Positions 35,781 through 47,821 of a stretch of 64,000 nt of DNA are shown piece after piece; position 1 is the first letter of the stretch; the number at the start of each line of letters is the position of its first letter. The stretch covers positions 4,479,097-4,543,096 of the forward strand of contig CM082598.2 of NCBI GenBank assembly GCA_040954595.2. Direction: 5' to 3'. Origin of the DNA: Balanoglossus misakiensis. Lineage: Eukaryota > Animalia > Hemichordata. Position numbers and translations under genes: made by a program. Below the pieces are notes generated by a model. That model ran no database searches. It was not told the DNA's origin and saw nothing but the letters and a program-made list of their open reading frames with translations.

Positions 35781-37625
35781 GTAGAGCGTGAAATATGAAA
35801 CGGCTGTATCAAAAGTTTGTATAGAGGTTTTAGTCAACCTGATGGATTCATGTGACCAACGGAAGTACGAAGGTCATGCATGATGGTGATGGCCTGCAAC
35901 GTACATTACATTATATTTTCAAAAACCCCTGTTTTGTTAATTTGTTTGTTTTGTATACACTGTTCGCTTACAAATGATTGAGTTACTGCTTGATAGCGCT
36001 AAGCGTCATCACCTTCACGTGATCGATAACCTGTAAACCGAAACCTCAGTATCCCGCAGACTTGAGAAGAATGTTCAAAAATGATGGCGGATAATTGTGA
36101 ACTTAAGTAAAAACACAGGTGGGGACTATTCCCTGGGTTCAGGAAGCTCACTCCGAGAAATAGATTTAATTTGCGGAATCGCCTGGGTTTGGGTTAATTT
36201 CAGTTACGTACGGAAACCAACGGGAAGCAGGTGATTTTTTCAACAGAACCGCGGCATGTACTATCCAACATCGGTAGCGAGGTGCCTTTTATCGTCAGGG
36301 TATATAGTGATGATATTGAAAGCAATCCCGTTCCACTCCCAGGAACTCCAAAGAACTCAGTAAACATGTTTGGACACTGAAGGATAACAACAACAACAAC
36401 AACATCAGCCATACTATGTCAAAAGACTTAGCCAAAGCCAAGCCAAGTCATGTTCTAGCTGCCAAACGGCGCATGCTGCTTAGAGCCTCATATAGCTGTA
36501 ACTGTTGGGCAAATTATCATGAAATGTATTAACAAACTGTATTAATACATATTACTATTAGGCCATACAGATTTATATATACTATCAGGCAATATCATTA
36601 ATTAACAGAATAAGTTAAAAGCTTACCCTGGCAATTTTTTAAAACTCAAAATCGTGTTGCAGCTCACGGAGCTTTAACAGAGAAATTTACTATTATTATT
36701 ATTTATAACAGATTGAGACATTTAGTATTAATAATATATATTATTATTATTATTAATATATACACTTATGTCATCTGTGTCGTTCACGTTTGAATCGAAG
36801 AAAAAAAATCATGTTTTTTCTTTACAGTTCAAACTATCCAGACAGATTCCCTCATTACAGAATCGAGTCGGTCACCAGGGGAAATGCGTCACAGACGCGC
36901 GCGTGTTTTTACCTGAGTTCACCTCGTCATGAACGACGTCGACGTGTATTTAGAGGTTATACTCTCAAGTCTGCACGTAGGATACTGTGGTGTCAGTTTA
37001 CAGATGATGTTGTCAAGAATTATCGATCACATTGCTGCGACGCGTGGCGCCTCCAAGAATACCTAAAAATATTTTTACTCGGTAATCTCGTTCAAATAAA
37101 TGACCAAAATTAACAAAATGTACGCACTTATCCGCTATAATTTTGAAATATTTTTAACACATCACGTTTTTGTTATTCTGGTAACAACGGGAGGTCGAGG
37201 TATACAAGAGTTGTTTCTTTATACTGTAAACCGGGAAATTTTCGCAACAAGAAGCTGAGTTTTCGCGATATCAACTTCGCGACGATCAATTTTCAATATC
37301 ACCAACTGTATCGTTATATAAATTTTCGCGACTATTTATTTTCGCGTTTTTCTGGCTCTCGCGATGGCACCGACATTTATCGTTCGCGAAAATTTCCTGG
37401 GAATCCCGGTTTTCAGTAGACTGTCTCACGGGGCATTCGATCTCGGCGACTAATCCTCGGAGGGGGGATTAGCAGCCCCGCACTCGCCATGGTGTTCTTA
37501 AAATAGTCATGTAACATACCACCTGGCTCTTTTGCTAACAGTACAGATCACGAACCTGTTCGGTCGCATTTCTCGTGCGCTCTTTTCTGCTCCTGGATTC
37601 CTCTGGTTAGTCTACTAAACATTAA

Positions 37626-37973
37626 AGGGACAAAGTCTCTCTCTCGCTGGCCCTTTTCCATTAATTATATTTGATACAAGGCACAGCTTATGTTATTCTA
37701 CATGTGGATATATCATGAATCATTATTCAACCACACACAACTTCCATCCCACTTGTAGACAGGAGAGGAAAAAACTCGCCAAAATGAATAATCAGTCTCT
37801 ACCATTTATTCATTTCGGCGAGATTTTTATTCTCATATCCTACAAACGGGATAGAAGATGTGTTCGTCGAATGTTGATTCACTACATATCCACATGTAGA
37901 ATAACATATTACAGTGTCTTGTATCAAACATAATTAATGGAAAAAGGGACAGCGAGAGAGAGACTTTGTCCCT
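37626..37973. mobile_element. MITE family A, full copy
   Basis: TTAA-AGGGACAAAGTC...GACTTTGTCCCT-TTAA. Confidence 0.87.
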
Positions 37974-37977
37974 TTAA

Positions 37978-38150
37978 AGGTATACGGTCACCCATGCAAA
38001 TTTAGTTACAGTTACTATGGTAAATTGAGACTAGCCAATCACAGATTTTCAGTGGGTGGCACACGCGAAAACAGAGCGGCAACGTATAGGTTCTTTAGAA
38101 CTCTCAGATACACCATTTTAGCCATTTATGGATTTATGTATATTAGAGGT
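37978..38150. mobile_element. MITE family B, copy abutting a family A copy
   Basis: AGGTATACGGTCACC directly follows the shared TTAA at 37974-37977. Internal sequence is the reverse complement of 15790-15974. Confidence 0.75.
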
Positions 38151-41100
38151 GTTATTTTCTTGAAATTTTCACAAAAGATGCCAAAAGAATAGTATTATTA
38201 AATGATATAGAGAAAACATCATGTCTCCGCGCTTGGTTTTTTGATAGAGCTCTTCAGATATGAAAACATTAGCATTGGGAGTGCGGGAAAAGTGCTGACT
38301 CAGCATTTTCTACAATATTTGAAACCCCCTCTTAAACTGAAAAAAATTAGCATGGGAACACCCCGTCTTCTCTATATTTGTTTTTAACATTCATTTATAA
38401 GCAAAGTATATAAAATCAGTAAAACGACAATATTCTAAGTTTTGAATAGTCATCTACCTTAACTGATTCTATATTTCGTCCTCGTTTTCTTGTACAAGTG
38501 AAACTAGTAATAAAACACGTTTGTAAAACGTATTCATGATCTCCTGATTGAATGCCAGCGATAAGGTCGACTTGATAAGAGATATGGTTACCCCGCTCGG
38601 CCGTTAGCAGATATCAGGTTTGCCTTGGAAGATTTTCAATAAATTAAAAAAAAGCTAGTACAGTCAGAAGACTTGCTAAGCTACAGTCATAAAGTTTTAC
38701 GCTCATCTATAATTTTAATTGATAAAACGATAGACCGTTTTCCGAACTCCACCTCTAGCCCCGCGAGATTTCGTGTGGCTAGGCTGTTTACATGAGAGGA
38801 TATTCTCACGTGACAAAGGACAGACAACACATTGCCCAAGCTTTATTATTTATCTGGTTAAAACTTGCATATGCACTCATAATTAGGGTTTATAACGCTT
38901 GTGTTTAGTTCACTGCCTTCATCTGCATGGACTAATGGTAGTACAGTTTGAAACAAAAAATATGATAATTATCCCAAAAGTTGCAGCTTATGTGCCTTTA
39001 AACGGCACAAAAGTTACACATTTTATTAAACTCTACACCTATTCTGGTTTGTCACAAACTTGTTTTACTTTGTTATAGCAACCTGTTGCTACAGTAATTA
39101 GCCAACGATATTTCGCAATGTAATTTTTTTTCACCTTATATTTGTCCTTCCATGCCAACAGAAGCCTTGGTTTGTGTATTGTAGGCCCAAAAATCCGTAT
39201 TTCCGAAGTCCCAAGTGCTCATATAAATGTCAAATCTCAAGGTTGAACATGCGCGCGATGGATGCGCGCCTGCGTGAGTCCACAATGACCTTGTCGACTA
39301 GCGCCAACTGGCCCACATGGTGTTTTTTGTAAAAGATTGTAAACCAGGCTGATTCAGTTGTCCACCGTCTCTCAAGTTTGCTCATTATCTCTCGTAGGTT
39401 CGTTTGCCTTGGACGGGTTTCGGTACTGCGAGTATCAATTTTATAACCATTGTAGATTTCATGAAGTATTTGTAATCAATCTACTGTACACTATACAATT
39501 GCTGAATGAAAGACTTTACAAACAGAAAAAAAAATCAATTTTATACTGTTCGCAAATTAATTGGATCCTATGACCATAAACCATGTAGACAGTACAGTGC
39601 AGTAGGATATCATATTTGTCAATGCTACGACCACGGAGGTCCATGCTACGAAACGCGTTCACTCAACACATCATATAGTAACCGACTGTAACCCACGACA
39701 AATTGTACTGAAATTCGTTTAATTTAAACTTTTTATGACATAATTTAACTCATATACTTGGGACAAATCTAGCCTGGGCCCAGTGTGGCGGTTGGCGTGT
39801 TGACCTGTGACGATGGCCTGACTTCGGACACACCTTTGTCAACGTGCTTGCAAGGTTGCTTCATGAATAATGTATAAGCGTTGATGATTTGCATAAATAG
39901 GCCACGCCCTCCCTGTCTCATAACAGCAGTCACGTTGCAAGCCACGTTTTGGAGTGCGTTCGATTTTATGATACTTTCCCCGAAGCGGCGCGTATGACGT
40001 ACGCAATTCATGCTATTAGGAGACGCAGAGTCAACCAAACATGGCAACGTTTATTCCTTAGTACATGTACTTGATATGCAAGATAGAATTGAAGTACAAA
40101 TGTACTGAATATGGCCGCAAAATATTTAGCGTTGGGTACGCGGAACAAAGGACGTCATTGCCGTGGCAACCGATCCACGTTCACAATATACTTGGAAGGG
40201 ACGGACAATAGAAACACACACGGGTTACTTTGTGAAAAATTCCCTGTTGCATTGCAACCTAGGTGCGGTAGCCCTAATACAGAGTTTTATTTCTGTCAGG
40301 ATTTATTACAGATACAACCATGCGTGAACGGTGGTCAGATGTAAATACAGACGAGAAATCAAATTATTACAAAAATGTAAAAATAATTAAACAAAACCCG
40401 AAGTATATTTTCCATGCATTGATTTTTTTCAAGTATCGTCCACCTATTCAGCCTTCGTAAACAACGACCTCTTTACGTCAACCATCTTCTACTAGGCGAC
40501 ATACAGACGAAGAGATAAAGATCTGGGGGTCAGTACATTATGCCACAACTTGAAGAAATATATTAAGACGAATATTATTCTCTGCTCATATCTTCTCTTT
40601 GCTTTGGGAGTACCTGAGGAAAAAAATACCTGCAAAGACCACCCTCGCCGTACGTATACCAAAATAATTCATTAATAGAGACAAAAGATGCACATCAAGT
40701 CTAAGAATCTAGCTTTATATTTTTCATGCCTTCAACGTTCAAGAGAGCGTAATTATGATTTTATAGTGACCTGCTGTTATTATCAGAATTTTTTAAAACT
40801 TAGGCCTTCATTTATACCAGATCGTATTAATCATACAAAGCGCCGGAGGCCTATGTTCTCCAGAAATTAATTATTAATTATTATTATAATAGGGGACCAC
40901 TCGGGAATTGAGCGCTCGCTATAAAGTATCTGCATTTCAGTGTACCATATCACGTTAAAGGTTAACAGTTTCTGGGACATACAAGCCTTTCAGTGATATC
41001 GATTCGATTGCGTCTTATACGCGACATACGTCTTATTCGCGTGCTGGGATTCTATCTTGAATTGTATCTTCACATTTTAGTTTAGCTAAACTCAAATTGT

Positions 41101-42186
41101 CATCAAAACATGCAGCCACGTCACCGTTTCTTTAAATAGAGTGAATTAAATTTTGTTTCTGATTTCTTGTCATATCTTGCTGCTGTATATGGCTCTAACC
41201 TCCAAAAAATACCCCAAAATGTATTTAATCGAATGCGACAAGCTGGAAACAATAAGGGTAATTATAATTCTGTGTACATGTACAAAGCATGAATTGTTAG
41301 TGAGAACAATTTATGGCGATTACTAATAGATGAGTTAACATGCATTCAAGAATAAAAAATGATGGAAAAAAAGAATTAAAGAGTTCTCAACAACAAGTAT
41401 ATATTCATGAGAAATATTGATAAGGAACATAACATTTTAAAGTTGATTTTTCTTTTTTCAGATGATATGTAAAAATAAATGTTATTTGTATTGAATAGAC
41501 ATAACTTCAAAAAAAACTCATGTATTTCGGGTCTCGCTAGTTTAGAACCAATTAGTATTTCTTGAAATATGAGATTACAAATATTTAAGTTTTTATTTAA
41601 AATTTAATACTGACTTTAATTTGGAAATAAAAACATTTCGTTCATATTTTTCGTGGCTAATATATTTTTACCATGACTCGGTGAAATTTAAATAATTAAC
41701 CTCCAGATAAATGAGCAGCTGTCTTTTCAGATGAGAAAGTTGTTCGAGTACAGTGTCCAATCTCGATATCTGGGGTGTGGGATTGAGGGGAGGGTGTTTG
41801 CAATGGTGCGGGGTATTGAAAAACATAGCCCCACTATACTAGTAGGAGCGTCCGGTTAGCTGCCATGGGTATGAGTGGACCGGACACTCGCTGTCCTGGT
41901 AGGGCTACTGACACGCGCCTGTAAACGTTACAATTGTGTAACAAGAATTTGCGGCTTCCGAACGACAGCTCTGCGTGTGACAGGGCCGCCCGTGTTCTTT
42001 GATATTTGACCATGGTCAATTTAAGACGGTGTAAAAACTGAGCTTTTTCTTTGCCTGATTTCTAAATACGCCTGAAATTAAACAGTTCGTGTCTTCCAGA
42101 CCCTGGGTGGTCAGTATGGCGAAAACCATGCCGTTGGTCATGTGGTCTATTTCGGTGCGTTGAGTGGCCATGGCCGGGGTGACGAA

Positions 42187-43370
42187 AAAATGGGTCACGT
42201 TGCGCAACACCCCCCCCCCCCTCCCGGCCCCGTCATTATATTCATACCGCGGCAACATATACGCATGACCGGTCGCTACGTCACGATCGCGATCGGTTGC
42301 TATACATGTATTAATATAAACGGTCTATAGAAGTACGCAAGGCCTACGCATTGACCTCGCCGTTATATTCCAAATATCACTACTGTTCCTCATTAATATA
42401 TTAAGTCAACTGGAAATTGTAGGTGGGGTCGGTAACATTTCCCGCTGTTATTTTTTTTCCACTCAAACGAAATGGAAACTGAAATTTAAACCGCACACCC
42501 ATGATCGCGTATGAATGAAATTGGACAAAAAAAAACCTCCGGTGATTTTCTAAAACTAGTAAATGTCGACGCTATAAATGAAACGTCAGCTTGGTGCACG
42601 TGGCCTGCCAGGGAACAAAACACGAAGAATATACATATACCGCAGACGAGTTTTTAAGTGTTTTTATTTTAGCTTCCCGCATGTTGCGGTGACATGGACA
42701 CGCGCGCGCCCTGACTTGAAATCAAGCGCGTTCTCAGGGACGCGGCGGACGACTGGCGCGTTCTGGTAAAAGCAAAACAACAACACCACGGCACATAAAT
42801 TTCGCACAATGAGCTTTCAGAGAAATGGGGAAAAACCACGAAAAAGCAATATTCACTGCAACATATGTTTTACAATAACACAAACAGGGTGAATGATATT
42901 TGTTTAATAAAAAAGCGACATGAATTATTTGGGGGTAGGCGTGGATAAAACGTGATGGCGAGTTGAAACCTTAGAAGTATCATGTATTATGTACACTCAG
43001 TGTATTTTCTATATCTTGTACATGTGTTCAAACAATTGCCTGGTAACGACGGCACAAAAACATTATAACACTACACATTTTGTTCATTTTGACTACATTT
43101 TATTCACATAAGCTTATATAAGAGTTACACTCGTCTTTAAGTCGATGTAACTAACACAGTCTGCTTTTTTTAAAAATCGGATATGCTCGGCTGTTGACGC
43201 CATTACTAGTTATTTCTGGTTGAGCGACTTTTCCTGTATAAATGATGTAATCCCCGAGTGTTGTATATAGCGATGTCACAACCATGCTGTTTGCAACGTG
43301 ATCTATGTAATTAACATATGTGAATATTCATGAGGAATTAAGAACCCACGCCTCCAGCCCAGCCAATCAC
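42187..43370 (+). promoter_or_regulatory. Cryptochrome promoter with clock-type elements (RRE, E/E'-boxes, D-box, CCAAT)
   Basis: RRE AAAATGGGTCA at 42187-42197 overlaps CACGTT at 42196-42201. CACGTG at 42597, AACGTG at 42949 and ~43295, D-box ATGATGTAAT at 43242-43251, CCAAT at ~43363. Confidence 0.6.
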
Positions 43371-43568
43371 AACGCCGCAGCGGGGTGAAAGAGAAAATAG
43401 GTCTCGTTGCAAAACATGCTGTAGTCGCCGATCACCGCACAAACTAAAACATTCTCTGCCTCGTCTTCTGATCATAAAAGTCGTCCCACGTCCTCGTCTT
43501 GTGAGCACACCGCGATCAGAAGAGAAGGTTCCACACTCGATCGAACAAACAACGGGACAACAACGAAT

Positions 43569-46500
43569 ATGCCGAAACGGAAGAGATCGGACTCTAAGCC
43601 GTCCTGTCTGGTGCACTGGTTTCGTAAGGGGCTGAGGTTGCATGACAACCCAGCGTTGAGAGAGGGACTCCTGTCGCCCGGGATCGCCAAATGGCGATGC
43701 GTCTATTTCCTTGACCCTTGGTTCGCTGGCCAGTCGAACAGAGGAATAAACAAGTGGCGGTAAGTAGAAAAAATATGAAATTTGTTGAGATCTGTCATAG
43801 ATAACGAAGTTAGTTTATTGCTTAATATTTATCATAAATCTATCTGTTGTCCGCATCATGATGGAGAAACACTGGAAATATTTTTTGATAAACAAAAATA
43901 TTGTGAGCTATCTTCCCGCACGATTACCGAGGCTACCGTTGTATCAAGGTGGCAGATAGCGTTAGTAGGACATATGAAATAATTGTATCCGAAAATTACG
44001 TGGTATAAGATCTGTTTTTTACACGATCACCGTGGTTTTAATAAAAACGTACTCGCGCGCGACAGGTTGTGAACGATTCCTGAAAAACAAAACGCGCGCA
44101 CAAAAAACAATCACTCACAGTCACATACTCACAAGAAAACATCAAGGCGCGACCGGTCTCAACTGCTGAAACCACCGTTATAAACTAAGAAAAATATCCA
44201 GACAGCCGTACCGATCTTTTTTTTCCCTAAACGAAAGTGTCGATGTTTCTCTTTCAAGAATACTACTTGTTGATTACAAATCCAGCTATTTTCACAATGT
44301 ATATATTGTTTAAAAAAAAGATACAGTATCCTTTTCTTTGAATACAGTTGCCTCCGAGTTCAACTTCAATTCAGTATTAAATTTGTCTTCTTGTAAACAC
44401 GGGAAGTCTGAACTTGGATACAGTGTGTGGTACTATGTCATGAAACATGGTTTTGGCTTGAAGATGACAATTTTTGATGCTTTGATACATTGATTCACAT
44501 GGGGTTTTTGATTGACGACAGACGTTGCCACATAATGATAAAATTTCCTCCAAGCATTTGCCGAGAAAAATATTGTGTGGATCCATATGGATACATGTTT
44601 TTCAGAAATAGGGTGGGAAAATATTTTTCTGGTGGGCTCCATAAGAGTATATATATGGTTGTATCAGTACTACCAATCAAATGTAGGGTGCAGCGATGTC
44701 TTTTATGCTGTCGTTTCATACTGTGACTACTGTACCACATAAGTAAAAGACATCGCCGTACCCTACATCTGATTTAATCTGATTCTAGATAGAAAACACA
44801 TCTCCGGTGATGTGCTTTCTAGATTTGCTGTCAGCTACGCAAGGACTGTACATTTGTTTGTTGTTTGTCTGTCTGTCTATTGTCTGTCAACACTTGACTT
44901 CTCGTAAGTCAAGTCATTCAGCTTTGATCTGTAGTAAACTGTTCGTAAGGCATGGTCAAAATCAGATTTGTTAGAAATGAAATGAAATCTGCAATATTTA
45001 AATCTGTTGTGATGTTTTTCAGGGCAATTTTTAAGTTTTAAAAAATCATCTAAATCTTATTGTTTTGAAATTTGGCAATGTAATTCCCTAGGGATATATG
45101 CTAGCCCGGTACTACAAAATTTCCCATCTATGGTCGAAAATCCCCTTACTCGTATCACCTGTAGGATGGTCAGGTATGTGTTCGTTTATTAGAACACAAT
45201 TGTCCCGTAATTTTTTAAATAAAACAGCAAAAATGTATGAAAAATTAAAAAAAAACTTTGATACTCAAGTTTTTATATTGTACAGATAACAGATGTTGAT
45301 AGTGTATGTATGTATGTATGTATGTATGTATACATTGCATTAGTCGAATGTATCAATTAGTGATTGCCATGGCATTCGAACAAAACAACATAATCATCAG
45401 CAGGGGGTGAAATAGACCCCCCCAGCTGAACCCTCAAGAACTGTATCTGCCAAGTAAGACACAAGTAGAAGGCAATTTCACCTGAAATGATGTGAACTCA
45501 AAAATTTGCATAAATCTCTCTCATTAGAAGCCAGTCACTGACATTTGAGGGTGATCGAGCGACTTGCGACATTATCGTACCGGCAAGCCATTTAGTGCGT
45601 GCCTTGTTACATGCGTCATTTTTCCACGTGTCCACTGAACGATAGCCATGCACATTTGACATTACTTGGGTTATTTTAGTTTCTTTCGACTGGTGTTGCT
45701 GTGTTTTCACATTTAATACAATTGTACGTTCAATGGCTGCTTGTTCATGGACATACCACACGAAAACTTCAATCGCTGAACTTTTTGTAGATTCTATGTA
45801 CGAAAATTGCGCAACTGCTTAGTTATTAGTAGTAGTCACATGATCGGGTGTGAGTTAGATAGTTGAAAATGGTCGTTTGCCCTGTTTCTGTCCAGTATTA
45901 GGTGAACAACATCCAAAAATCATTCAAGGACATTACGGCAAATAGCTGATCTGATATTATTCCACTGGCAAACAGTTTATACTTCTTCCAAATGCGTGAA
46001 TAAAACAAATTTCTAATCTTTGGAATTTTTTGACTTTGGTAGTATATATAGTAATTAACCATGACAACATTTGAAATCGAAAGATTTAAACAAAAGGACT
46101 GAAACCCTTCTTTTTACGATTTTAACATATGAAAGGACATGACAAACAAACTATAGAGATTTAGATTATATAACTGTAAGTTTATCTTGTGTCCTAGATT
46201 CTGGTGACCTTTTTTGTTGTGTTCATGAAAACCGTCGCACACAGTCTGGTGGTCACAATCACTGTTATGTTTTTGCTGTGAAAACCCTTTGCGTTATTTT
46301 CATTTTATACTATACTATATGGCCGAAATGAAATTTGCTTCCAGTGATGACCAGAGAATGGATATCTTACGTTGAAATTTGCATATCGCGTCCAGTCACT
46401 GAACTGTGCATTGTCTAACTCCACTTATGGGTTTTGTGTTTTAGAGAGACATGGGAATAATTATGCCCAATGAAAATTCATCTAAACCACAGGGAAATAT

Positions 46501-47785
46501 TAAGGGCATTTATCATGGTACGGTAGTTCCAATCGTAAACAGTTAGAATTTCACAGGGGACACTTATTATTGTGATAAAAAGGTCAGGCTTCAATCCCCG
46601 GTTCTCTCATTAGTTTTTGTTGACATTGTATATTTATGTCCTGGAAACCTTTTGTATTCCATTGAAATCTTTATCAAGTTTATCTGTTTGTGTTCCATCA
46701 CGTATAAAGTATGTGGCCATCATGCTAGCTCTGCAAGGCATGGATGTGCGTCGTACGGGCTATGTACATAACCTGCAATTAAAACTAGTGCAAAACAGGA
46801 AATTTTCGCGAACGATAAATTTTGGCAAACTACGCAAGAGCCAAAGAAATGCGAAAAATGAAAAGTTGCGAGATAATGATGAAGTGAAATATGAGAACAC
46901 AAAATTAACTGTTGCGTAACATTTGCCACTTTTGATATCGCGAAAATTTTGTGTTGTGAAAATTTCCAGTTTTACAGTTCATAGTATTTGCATTTATGTG
47001 AAGTCTCTGCCGAAAAGAACGGGCATTTTTGGGAATGTTGTAGATCTGTAATCTTTCTAATGAAAAGGAAATCATGAAAACTTTGCATTTTGATTGATTT
47101 TGGAAATTTTCCTTAACAACTGTTCATTAGCAATTCGACAAAATAACTGACTGGTTTATAATTTTTATGGTTTAATTCCTGTAAAGAGGTTACCGCTAAC
47201 TTCTTGGCCTTTGATGGAAGGCTTGTATGTCCTCTAAACGCAGGACAAAGGAAATTGGTTGTACGTCATGCGCTTACTGTATCAGAGAAAATTGGTTGGA
47301 CATGAATCGCTTTTCAAAGCTCGATTTCAGCTGAAATACAGAATCAAATGACGAAGCAAGAAAAGATGAAACTATAAGTCAGTGCCAGTGGCTAATACAT
47401 GATTGTAATGCTGAGGAAAGATTTCATCATCGTAAATGCATGCCTCTTTACGATTAAGTTAGACGAGGAGTTACTCTTGCAAAGCGGAAATGGCGCTCTG
47501 TTTTACGAGATTGCAAATACACTAGGCATGTAATCGTCTTATAAGGGTAATGTCAGGAAAATGCTGCAGGTTACAAATGTAAATTGCGACTACGCATCAC
47601 GTAAATGTCAATAGCCATTTTCCACATGTGCCGCACGTAGTACGTGACGTCTTGTTAACATGTGACTAGGCCCTGATACGTAGACTTGCTCTAAAATAGC
47701 TCAGTTTTCAAGGGATGATCACTATGCCAGAGGCGTGAGTGAGAATTCGACGATGCAAGGTTCTAGTGTACACGAAAACTATGAA

Positions 47786-47821
<36 letters not shown>

